Source: Nocardioides sp. (GTDB lineage Bacteria; Actinomycetota; Actinomycetes; Propionibacteriales; Nocardioidaceae). From it: 64,000 bases of DNA. The position numbers and the translations under genes were made by a program. Below the pieces are notes generated by a model. It saw only the letters and a list, made by a program, of their open reading frames with translations, ran no database searches and was not told where the DNA came from. Each line of letters opens with the position of its first letter. Position 1 is the stretch's first letter. Of this stretch, positions 23,493 to 31,193 are shown piece by piece. The DNA lies in contig PBYI01000034.1 in NCBI GenBank assembly GCA_002729525.1, positions 17,854-81,853 of the forward strand, given 5' to 3'.

Positions 23493-24916
23493 CGGGAGTC
23501 GCTCCCTCCTTCGGGGCCGTCGGTCCCGGCGGGCTCGTCGGCGTGCGTGGACAGCAGGTCGGCGGCCACCTGGTCGAGGGCGGCGCCCCGCGACGCCTTC
23601 ACCAGGACGACGTCGTCGGCGGTCGCATTGTTGCGCAACCACGCCGTCGCCTCCGCACGCCCCGCCGTGAGGATCACCTCACCCGGAGCCTCGCCGGGCG
23701 CCTCCCGGGCGCCGAGGGCGACGTCCTCCGCGACCTCGCCGACGGTCACCAGGACGTCGATGCCGGCGTCGGCGACGCCCTCGCCGACCTCGCGGTGGCC
23801 GGCCACCCGTCCGTCGCCGAGCTCGAGCATCTCGCCGAGCACGGCGATGGTGCGGCCGGTGCGGGCCCGCCCGAGCTGGGCGAGGGAGCGCACGGCGGCA
23901 GCGGTGGACTCCGGGTTGGCGTTGTAGGAGTCGTTGAGCACGAGCAGACCGTCGGCCCGCTCCTCCAGCGCCATCCGCCACGCCGAGGCGGCCTCGGCGC
24001 TCGACAGCCGGGCGGCGACGTCGGTCAGCGACATCCCGAGCGCGAGCGCCAGGCCGGCGGCCGCGGCGGCGTTGAGGACCTGGTGCTCACCGGTCTGCCG
24101 CAGCACCACCGGCGCCCACTCCCCCGCGTGACCGAGCTCGAAGCGCGGCCGGCCGCGGTCGTCGAGCTCGACGCCGCGCCAGGTGAGGTCGGCGTCCGGT
24201 CCGGCGCCGAAGGTCAGCACCCGGGCGCGGGTGCGCGAGGCCATCGCCGCGACCAGCACGTCGTCGGCGTTGAGCACCGCGACGCCGCCCTCGTCGGCCG
24301 TGGGCAGCGCCTCGACGATCTCGCCCTTGGCCGCGGCGATCGCCTCGCGGCTGCCGAACTCGCCGAGGTGGGCGGTGCCGACGTTGAGGACGGCGGCCGC
24401 GCGGGGCGGCACCAGGGTGCACAGGTAGCCGATGTGGCCGATCCCGCGGGCACCCATCTCCACCACGAGGTGGTCGGTGCCCGCGTCGGCGCGCAGCGCG
24501 GTGAGGGGTACGCCGAGCTCGTTGTTGTTGTTGGCCCGGGTCGCGACGGTCGCCCCCGCGCCGGCCAGCACGTGGGCGAGGTAGTCCTTGGTGCCGGTCT
24601 TGCCCTGCGAGCCCGTCATCGCGGCGACGGGCAGCCCGAGCCGGTCGACGACGTGGCGGGCGAGCAGCCCGAGCGCGGCGACCGGGTCGTCGACGACGAC
24701 GGTCGGGGCGGAGGTGGGCCGGCTGCCGAGCACGGCGTGGGCGCCGTCGGCGTACGCGTGGCCGTCGACCCGCTCCCCCACCACGGCGACGAAGAGCCCG
24801 CCGGGCACGGCCTGGCGGCTGTCGACGTACGCCTCACCGTCGACGACGAGCGTGCCGTCGCCGTCGACGGTGCCGCCGACCACCTCGGCGAGCTCGGTCA
24901 ACGTCATCGCGATCAC
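23489..24916 (-). CDS. murF: UDP-N-acetylmuramoyl-tripeptide--D-alanyl-D-alanine ligase
   Basis: 475 aa with a MTGSQGKTGTKD P-loop-like motif and Mur ligase architecture. Confidence 0.93.
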   Translation of the reverse strand: MIAMTLTELAEVVGGTVDGDGTLVVDGEAYVDSRQAVPGGLFVAVVGERVDGHAYADGAHAVLGSRPTSAPTVVVDDPVAALGLLARHVVDRLGLPVAAMTGSQGKTGTKDYLAHVLAGAGATVATRANNNNELGVPLTALRADAGTDHLVVEMGARGIGHIGYLCTLVPPRAAAVLNVGTAHLGEFGSREAIAAAKGEIVEALPTADEGGVAVLNADDVLVAAMASRTRARVLTFGAGPDADLTWRGVELDDRGRPRFELGHAGEWAPVVLRQTGEHQVLNAAAAAGLALALGMSLTDVAARLSSAEAASAWRMALEERADGLLVLNDSYNANPESTAAAVRSLAQLGRARTGRTIAVLGEMLELGDGRVAGHREVGEGVADAGIDVLVTVGEVAEDVALGAREAPGEAPGEVILTAGRAEATAWLRNNATADDVVLVKASRGAALDQVAADLLSTHADEPAGTDGPEGGSDSR

Positions 24917-26463
24917 CGCGCGGCCTCCACCCGGTCGGTCAGCAGCTCACGGACCACGTCGCGGTCGTCGAACGGGTGCTTCACGCCGTCGACCTCCTGG
25001 CCGGTCTCGTGACCCTTGCCGGCCACCAGCACCACGTCGCCGGGCCCGGCGAGGTCGAGCGCGTGCGCGATCGCCGCTCGACGGTCGCCGACCTCGACCA
25101 CGTCGCAGGCGGTCGCGTCGGGCACGCCGGCGAGCATCGCGGCGCGGATGGTCGCGGGGTCCTCGCTGCGGGGGTTGTCGTCGGTGACGACCAGGACGTC
25201 GGAGAGCCGCACGGCCACCTCGGCCATGATCGGCCGCTTGCCGGGGTCGCGGTCGCCGCCGGCGCCGAGCACCGTCAGCACCCGACCACCGCCGGTCGCG
25301 GAGGGTCCGACGGCCAGCGGCCGCAGGGCGCTCAGCGCCGCCTCGACCGCGTCCGGCTTGTGCGCGTAGTCGACCACCACGAGGAAGTCCTGCCCCGCGT
25401 CGACCCGCTCCAACCGGCCGGGCACGCCGCCGGCACGACCGAGGCCCGAGGCCACCACGGCCGGGTCGATGCCGGCCTCCGCGGCCGCGGCGACCGCGGC
25501 CAGCGCGTTGGCGACGTTGTAGTCGCCCGGCAGCGCCACCGACGCCGGCACCCGCACGCCGTCGGGGCCGACCACGGTGAAGGTCGAGCCGTCAGGCGCG
25601 GTCACGACGTCCTCGGCACGCCAGTCGGCGTCGCTGCCAGGGGCGCAGGAGAACGTCCGGACCGGCAGCCCGAGGTCGCGCACCTCGCCGGCCAGCCGCC
25701 GTCCGTGCTCGTCGTCGGCGTTGACCACCGCACGGCGGGCGTGCTCGGGGGTGAAGAGGGTGGCCTTGGCGCGGTAGTAGTCCTCGACGGTGTCGTGGAA
25801 GTCGAGGTGGTCGCGGCCGAGGTTGAGGAAGACGGCCACGTCGAAGACGACCCCGTCGACGCGCCCCATCACCAGGGCGTGGCTGGAGACCTCCATAACG
25901 CAGGCCTCGACCTCCTGCTCGCGCATCAGGGCGAACAGGCCGTGCAGGTCGGGCGCCTCCGGCGTGGTGAGGGACGTCGCGACGTCCCGGCCCGCCACGC
26001 GGGTGCCGATCGTGCCGATCACCGAGGCCCGCACACCGGCTCGCTCCAGCGCGTCCTCGGCGAGCCGGGTCGTGGTCGTCTTGCCCTGGGTACCGGTGAC
26101 GCCGATGGTCGCCATCGACTCGGCCGGGCGCCCGTAGACGGCCGCGGCGAGGCCGCCGAGCAACGTCCGGGGGTCGTCCACCACCACGACCGGTACGCCG
26201 GCCGTGCCCGCCCGGCCGGCCCGCTCGGCGCCCGCGGCGTCGGTCAGCACCGCGACCGCCCCGGCCGCGACCGCGTCGCCCGCGTAGTCGGCGCCGTGCG
26301 CGCGGCTGCCCGGCAGAGCGGCGTACAGGTCGCCGGGCTGGACGCGCTGGCTGCTCAGCGTCACACCGGTGACCGCGACGTCCGGGGCGCCGTCGAGGAG
26401 GGTCGACAGCGGGACGGGGGTCGGGCGCTCGGGCCGCGTGGGCAGTCGGTTGGGAGGAGCCAC
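24913..26463 (-). CDS. murE: UDP-N-acetylmuramoyl-L-alanyl-D-glutamate--2,6-diaminopimelate ligase
   Basis: VTGTQGKTTT and the DNPR motif (VVTDDNPRSEDP). The GTG at 26463 has a GGAGGA Shine-Dalgarno 7 nt upstream. The longer track ORF runs into ftsI. Confidence 0.93.
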   Translation of the reverse strand: MAPPNRLPTRPERPTPVPLSTLLDGAPDVAVTGVTLSSQRVQPGDLYAALPGSRAHGADYAGDAVAAGAVAVLTDAAGAERAGRAGTAGVPVVVVDDPRTLLGGLAAAVYGRPAESMATIGVTGTQGKTTTTRLAEDALERAGVRASVIGTIGTRVAGRDVATSLTTPEAPDLHGLFALMREQEVEACVMEVSSHALVMGRVDGVVFDVAVFLNLGRDHLDFHDTVEDYYRAKATLFTPEHARRAVVNADDEHGRRLAGEVRDLGLPVRTFSCAPGSDADWRAEDVVTAPDGSTFTVVGPDGVRVPASVALPGDYNVANALAAVAAAAEAGIDPAVVASGLGRAGGVPGRLERVDAGQDFLVVVDYAHKPDAVEAALSALRPLAVGPSATGGGRVLTVLGAGGDRDPGKRPIMAEVAVRLSDVLVVTDDNPRSEDPATIRAAMLAGVPDATACDVVEVGDRRAAIAHALDLAGPGDVVLVAGKGHETGQEVDGVKHPFDDRDVVRELLTDRVEAAR

Positions 26464-26480
26464 GGGCCGATCCTCCCCGA

Positions 26481-28256
26481 TCACCACTCCACGGCGAGAC
26501 GGGAGGGCTCGGTGCCCGTGGGCGCCACGCCGTACCGCCCGAGGGTGTAGCTCATGATCTTGCTGAACGCCGGTCCGGCGACCGAGCCGCCGCCCCCGCC
26601 GTTGCGCGGGTTCTGCACGACGACGTAGACGGTGAAGCGCGGGTCGTCGGCGGGAGCGAACCCGGCGAAGGAGACGGTGTAGGTGCCGTCGTAGCAGCCG
26701 CACTCGGCACCGACGCGCTGCGCGGTGCCGGTCTTGCCGGCCACCCGGTAGCCCGGCACCTGCGCGGCCGGGGCCACGCCGGCCTCGGGGTCGACGACCC
26801 GCTCCATCATCCGGGCGGTCTGCCGGGCGGCGTCCTCGCTGACCACGCGATGGCTGGTCGCGACGTCGCTGCCGACGACCGTGCCGTCGTCGAGCGTGGC
26901 CGAGCCCTTGACGACGCTCGGGTCGATCCGCACCCCGCCGTTGGCGATGGTGTTGACCGCCGCGGCCATCTGGAGCGCGTTGACGGAGTAGGACTGGCCG
27001 AAGGCGATGCGGTCGGCGCTCTGGCTGGTCCAGGCGTCCTTGCTCGGCAGGATGCCGCGCGACTCGCCCGCCACGCCCACGCCGGTCTTCTGCCCGATGC
27101 CGAAGGAGCGCAGGTAGCGACGCTGCTGGCCGTTGCCGTAGAGGTCGTTGGCCATGACCGTGCCGATGTTGGACGACTTGGCGATGATCCCGGCGAGCGT
27201 CAGCCGGATCGTGCCGTGCTCGAAGTAGTCGCTGATCGGGCGGTCCTGGCGGTAGAGCCGGCCCGGCACCTCGAAGCGGGTGCGCGCGGTGACCTTGCCG
27301 GCGTCGATGAGGCCGGCGGCCGTCAGCACCTTGCCGACCGAGCCCGGCTCGTAGACGTCGCTCAGCGCACGGGAGGTGTAGAGCGTCTCGGGGTAGGCCT
27401 CCGGCTCCGAGGCGTCGTACGTCGGGTCGTCGGCCAGGGCGAGCACCTCACCGGTGCGGGTGTCCATGACCACGGCGTACCCGGAGTCGCCGCCGGCGCC
27501 CTGGACGGTCTGTTGGAGCCAGCGCTGCACCCGCCACTGGAGGTCGCTGTCGATGGTGGTGACGAGGTCCTGACCGTCGCGCGCGGCGTCGACCGTCGCG
27601 TCGCCCAGCGGGATCCGGTTGCCCGAGGCGGTCTGGTAGCGAGCCTCGCCGTCGTGGCCGGCCAGGTAGGTGTCGAAGCTGTCCTCGAGTCCGGCCAGCG
27701 GGCGGGCGGATCCGTCGTCGTCAGGCGTGCCGAGGAAGCCGACGAGGTTGGCGGCGACGTCGCGGTCGGGGTAGACCCGCACCGGGTCGTCGCGGGTGTA
27801 GAGGCCCGTGAAGCCCTTCTCCTGGGCCGCCTCGACCGCGGCGGTCGCCTCGGCGGCCGGGATCTGGCGGGCGACGTACTGGAAGCGGCTGTCGGTCTTG
27901 CGCAACCGCTCCAGCGTCGTGAAGTAGTCGAGGTCGAGCCGCTTGCTCAGCAGGGTCGCCAGCTCGGGCGCGTCCTCACGGGTGAGCGACGGGTCGGCGA
28001 CGACCATGAGGCCGTCGATGGAGTCGGCCAGCGCCTCGCCGTTGCGGTCGAGGATGTCGCCCCGCTCGGCGGGCAGCACGACGGAGACGGCCCCCTCCTT
28101 GGCGGCCATCTGGGCGTACTGGCGCGGGTCGATGCCCTGCAGCTGCACCAGGCGCGCGGCGAACACCGAGAGCACCATGGCGATGACGATGAAGCCGACC
28201 CGCAGCCGGAACTGGGCTGCGCCCCGGGTCGGTCGGCGACGGCTCACGCGTCCCAC
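26481..28256 (-). CDS. ftsI: Class B penicillin-binding protein (FtsI/PBP3-type D,D-transpeptidase)
   Basis: 591 aa with an N-terminal TM anchor, a PBP dimerisation domain, and SVGK, SSN and AGKTGTA motifs. Confidence 0.93.
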   Translation of the reverse strand: MGRVSRRRPTRGAAQFRLRVGFIVIAMVLSVFAARLVQLQGIDPRQYAQMAAKEGAVSVVLPAERGDILDRNGEALADSIDGLMVVADPSLTREDAPELATLLSKRLDLDYFTTLERLRKTDSRFQYVARQIPAAEATAAVEAAQEKGFTGLYTRDDPVRVYPDRDVAANLVGFLGTPDDDGSARPLAGLEDSFDTYLAGHDGEARYQTASGNRIPLGDATVDAARDGQDLVTTIDSDLQWRVQRWLQQTVQGAGGDSGYAVVMDTRTGEVLALADDPTYDASEPEAYPETLYTSRALSDVYEPGSVGKVLTAAGLIDAGKVTARTRFEVPGRLYRQDRPISDYFEHGTIRLTLAGIIAKSSNIGTVMANDLYGNGQQRRYLRSFGIGQKTGVGVAGESRGILPSKDAWTSQSADRIAFGQSYSVNALQMAAAVNTIANGGVRIDPSVVKGSATLDDGTVVGSDVATSHRVVSEDAARQTARMMERVVDPEAGVAPAAQVPGYRVAGKTGTAQRVGAECGCYDGTYTVSFAGFAPADDPRFTVYVVVQNPRNGGGGGSVAGPAFSKIMSYTLGRYGVAPTGTEPSRLAVEW

Positions 28257-28909
28257 TATCGGCGGCCTCCGCCACGGTTCGCGGTTGCCGCGCCGTCGCT
28301 CTGCTGTGCGTTGCCGCGGGTGCTGTCGCCGGTGCGGTTCGCGTTGCCGCTGCCGTTGCCGTTCTGCTCCTGTGCGCGGGTGTCGGTGGTGAGCTGCGGG
28401 GTGTCGACCGGGACCTGCTCAGGGCGGGTCGCGGCGGCGGCCGCCGTCGGGGGCTCGTACGTCGGCCGGCGCGGCGCGATACCGCACGGACCGGCGACGG
28501 CGGCCTGGGGCTCGCCGCTCACCGCACCGGTGTCGAGGTCGAGGAACGCCGCCGTCGGGCCGACGACCATGCCGATCGAGCAGGCACTGCGGGCCAGCTG
28601 CTGCGGGTCGCGCAGCGCGTCGAGCTCCATCGCCAGCGCCTGCTGGCGCGCCGAGAGCCGGTCGGCCTGGTCCTCGAGCTGGGTGGCGGTGAACGACGCC
28701 TGCTGGAGAGACGTGTTGAAGAGGAGCAGCCCGACCACGCCCGCGAGCAGCAGGATGCTGACGAGGCTGACGAAGGGCACGCGCGGGGCGCGGCGGCGTA
28801 CGCGCGGGACGACGGCAAGGCGGGCCCGGGCGACCGCGTCGGCGGCCCGGGAGCGGGCGCCGCGGCTGGGTGCGGACCGGGGCGAGGGAGACCTCAGCAC
28901 GCTGCTCAT
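28256..28909 (-). CDS. FtsL-like septation membrane protein with a long low-complexity tail
   Basis: MSSVLRSP... basic N-terminus, TM segment (FVSLVSILLLAGVVGLLLF), then a coiled segment (QLEDQADRLSARQQALAMELDALRD). It occupies the ftsL slot between rsmH and ftsI. The start overlaps the rsmH stop and the stop overlaps the ftsI start. Confidence 0.6.
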   Translation of the reverse strand: MSSVLRSPSPRSAPSRGARSRAADAVARARLAVVPRVRRRAPRVPFVSLVSILLLAGVVGLLLFNTSLQQASFTATQLEDQADRLSARQQALAMELDALRDPQQLARSACSIGMVVGPTAAFLDLDTGAVSGEPQAAVAGPCGIAPRRPTYEPPTAAAAATRPEQVPVDTPQLTTDTRAQEQNGNGSGNANRTGDSTRGNAQQSDGAATANRGGGRR

Positions 28910-29886
28910 CAGGCTGCTCCAGGGGCTCGGCGGGAAGGACCGGGGAGGACGCGCTCGACCGCGCGCAGGCGCACCGAGGCGGCCCGCGGGTTGGTCTCGC
29001 GCTCGGTGTCGTCGGCCTGCTCGGCCCCACGGGTGAGCAGGCGGTGGGTGGGCTCGGAGCCCGCGGGCACGAACGGCAGGTCGGCCGGCACGTCGGAGGT
29101 CGTCGCGGCGGCGAACGCCTGCTTGACCAGGCGGTCCTCGAGGGAGTGGTAGGACTCCACGACCACCCGGCCGCCGACGCGGACGGCGTCGACCGCGGCC
29201 GGGATCGCACGGCGCAGCACGGCCAGCTCGTCGTTGACCTCCATGCGCAGCGCCTGGAAGGTGCGCTTGGCGGGGTGTCCCCCCGTACGCCGGGCACCGG
29301 CCGGGATGGTCGCGTACAGCAGCTCCACCAGCGGGCCGGAGGTCTCGAAGGGCGTGGTCGCGCGGCGGCGTACGACGGCGCCGGCGATCTTGCGGGCGAA
29401 CTTCTCCTCGCCGTACTCGCGCAGCACGCGGGTCAGCGCGCTCTCGTCGTAGGTGTTGAGGACGTCGGCGGCGGTCGGGCCGGTCGTGCCGTCCATCCGC
29501 ATGTCCAGGGGCGCGTCGACGGCGTAGGCGAAGCCGCGCTCGGGCAGGTCGAGCTGCATGGAGGAGACGCCGAGGTCGAACAGCACCCCGTCGGCGGCGT
29601 CGAGGCCGAGCCGGTCGAGGACGTCCTCGATCTCGTCGTACACCGCGTGCACCCCGGTGAACCGGTCGCCGTACGGCGCCAGCCGCTCGCCCGCGAGGCG
29701 GAGCGCCTCGGGGGCGCGGTCGATGCCCACGACCCGGGCGGTGGCGCACCGCTCGAGGACCGCCTCGCTGTGACCGCCGAGCCCGAGCGTGCAGTCGACG
29801 AGCACGGCGCCGTCCTCGGCGAGCGCGGGTGCCAGGAGCGCCACGACCCGGTCGAGGAGCACCGGGTCGTGCGTGGGACCGGCCAC
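28909..29886 (-). CDS. rsmH: 16S rRNA (cytosine1402-N4)-methyltransferase
   Basis: 325 aa: [10 protein letters not shown]...[14 protein letters not shown]...[11 protein letters not shown]. Confidence 0.95.
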   Translation of the reverse strand: MAGPTHDPVLLDRVVALLAPALAEDGAVLVDCTLGLGGHSEAVLERCATARVVGIDRAPEALRLAGERLAPYGDRFTGVHAVYDEIEDVLDRLGLDAADGVLFDLGVSSMQLDLPERGFAYAVDAPLDMRMDGTTGPTAADVLNTYDESALTRVLREYGEEKFARKIAGAVVRRRATTPFETSGPLVELLYATIPAGARRTGGHPAKRTFQALRMEVNDELAVLRRAIPAAVDAVRVGGRVVVESYHSLEDRLVKQAFAAATTSDVPADLPFVPAGSEPTHRLLTRGAEQADDTERETNPRAASVRLRAVERVLPGPSRRAPGAA

Positions 29887-29887
29887 G

Positions 29888-30031
29888 TCAGCGCCCCAGG
29901 TGGGCGAGCAGGAGGAACCCGACCGCGCAGGAGAGGGAGAGCACCAGGGAGAACGCCATCACGGCGGCCGCGTCGCGCGCCTGGTGGCGGACGCGACGCG
30001 GAGGTGCGCTGCTCACGGGAGTGGTGCTCAT
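29888..30031 (-). CDS. Candidate 47-aa single-TM mini-protein, stop/start-coupled to rsmH
   Basis: [47 protein letters not shown]. Third-position G/C is very high. Its TGA ends 1 nt before the rsmH GTG (TGACGTG). I saw no strong Shine-Dalgarno. Confidence 0.35.
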   Translation of the reverse strand: MSTTPVSSAPPRRVRHQARDAAAVMAFSLVLSLSCAVGFLLLAHLGR

Positions 30032-30073
30032 CGGTTCGACCCTGGTGCTGCTCGTGGACGGGCGTGGGGAGAG

Positions 30074-30202
30074 GCGGATCCGCAGGGCCGGGTCCCTGCC
30101 CGCTCCCACGTCAAAGGGGAAGGTGCGCCTTCTGGTGCCGGGGAAGGTGCCCCAGACGGCGGCGGTGAGGGAGCGGGCAAAGACCCCGTCCTGCGGATCC
30201 GC
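30074..30202 (-). ncRNA. Extended imperfect hairpin (~34-bp stem, ~61-nt loop) in the mraZ-rsmH spacer; candidate structured RNA (possibly the actinobacterial mraW motif)
   Basis: Arm 30074-30107 (GCGGATCCGCAGGGCCGGGTCCCTGCCCGCTCC) pairs with arm 30169-30202 (GGAGCGGGCAAAGACCCCGTCCTGCGGATCCGC). Two of the four non-Watson-Crick positions become G-U pairs only in the minus-strand (dcw sense) RNA. Confidence 0.4.
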
Positions 30203-30246
30203 TGTGCAGTTGTGGTGGTGCGGGGTGGTGCGTATGGAGGAGGGCG

Positions 30247-30678
30247 TCAGCCCTCGTCGTCCTCGTCGTCGTCGAGCTCGGAGAACTTCTGGACCTCGGC
30301 GGCCTGGTAGTCGTCCCAGGCGGTGGGGTTCCAGATCTCCAGGCGGTCGCGGACGCCGATCACGACGACGTCCTTCTCCAGGCCGGCGTACTCCCGGAGC
30401 GCCGCCGGGACGCCGATGCGTCCCTGCTTGTCCGGGGTCACCTCCTCGCCACCGCTGAAGAACATGCGGGCGTAGCTGCGGGCGGCGCGGCTGGTCATCG
30501 GACGCTCGGAGGCGCGGTCGGCCTCACGGTCGAAGACCTCGGGCGGCCAGACGACGAGGCAACTCTCCTGACCCTGCGTCACCACGACCCCCTCTGCCAG
30601 TCGGTCCCTGAACTTCGCCGGGAGGAAGAGGCGGCCCTTGTCGTCCAGCTTGGGCCGGTAGGTGCCCATGAACCGCAT
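30247..30678 (-). CDS. mraZ: Transcriptional regulator MraZ
   Basis: MRFMGTYRPKLDDKGRLFLPAKFRDRL..., with two SpoVT/AbrB-like halves. A GGGAGG Shine-Dalgarno lies 7 nt upstream. Confidence 0.95.
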   Translation of the reverse strand: MRFMGTYRPKLDDKGRLFLPAKFRDRLAEGVVVTQGQESCLVVWPPEVFDREADRASERPMTSRAARSYARMFFSGGEEVTPDKQGRIGVPAALREYAGLEKDVVVIGVRDRLEIWNPTAWDDYQAAEVQKFSELDDDEDDEG

Positions 30679-30696
30679 GTGGCACCTCCCTTCGCT

Positions 30697-30744
30697 CCAC
30701 TTCGCCCCACTCTACGCCACTTTCCCCCACCGTCAACCACTCTA
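30697..30744 (-). promoter_or_regulatory. dcw (mraZ) promoter overlapped by five GTGG decamers in exact 10-bp phase; putative MraZ operator
   Basis: The sense strand reads GTGGTTGACG GTGGGGGAAA GTGGCGTAGA GTGGGGCGAA GTGGAGCGAA GGGAGGTGCCAC ATG. It contains TTGACG-N16-TAGAGT. A second TAGAGT lies 30 bp upstream as part of a CGTAGAGTGG direct repeat. Confidence 0.6.
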
Positions 30745-30869
30745 CGGCGCCACAACGGCGCTGACCAGCGGTTTCACCCGTCCCGTACGGCGTCGCACCG
30801 GCGCGTCGCCCACCACTCCCCACCACCCGCTCCGCCCTCACCGCCACCACATCTGCGCAGGTCAGCGCG

Positions 30870-30975
30870 GTGGGGTCACGCAGAGTGGTGTGCGATGGGG
30901 CAGCGAGGTGGCGCCGGGTGGAGCGAGGTGGGGCGGATCGTGGGGCAGGTGGGGCGCACGGGTGGTGCCCGGTGG
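30870..30975 (+). repeat. Opposite-strand array of nine GTGG/GGTGGGG boxes at about 9-15 bp (one 23-bp) spacing
   Basis: GTGG starts on the plus strand at 30870, 30885, 30908, 30918, 30928, 30940, 30949, 30962 and 30972. It is preceded by CCACCAC x3 (30810, 30820, 30844) on the other strand. Confidence 0.6.
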
Positions 30976-31193
30976 GGAACGGCGCTCACCGGGCCGGCGT
31001 CACGAACCGGGAACGACTCGGCCGGACCGCTGACGCCCCGGCAGGGAACGACGTAGGTTGCGAGCACGTCCTACGGTGGCGGCAGCCGATCCGGCACCGC
31101 CGCGGCCCGGACGTCCCGGGACACCCCCGGACACCCCAGACCCCCTCAGCACGCACAACAGCACGCACGACCCGCACACGCGAGAGGACCCCC

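Noticed and set aside
18480-29749. Long N-terminal extensions of murG (853 aa), murD (618 aa), mraY (411 aa), murE (596 aa) and the ftsL-like gene (497 aa) in the ORF track
   Set aside because: The extensions run through the preceding gene in another frame. The canonical N-termini, with stop/start overlaps (ATGA, GTGA, TGATG) or a Shine-Dalgarno, give protein lengths typical of each family.
30025-30045. GGTTCGACC, resembling a tRNA T-loop
   Set aside because: There is no complementary T-stem, acceptor stem or anticodon arm around it. It lies at the start of the mini-ORF upstream of rsmH.
30662-31067. Plus- and minus-strand ORFs in the mraZ-MoxR intergenic region (for example 30662..31033, 30679..31056)
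   Set aside because: Their Trp/Gly/Arg-rich translations are a by-product of the GTGG/CCAC repeat arrays. They lack a Shine-Dalgarno or leaderless geometry.
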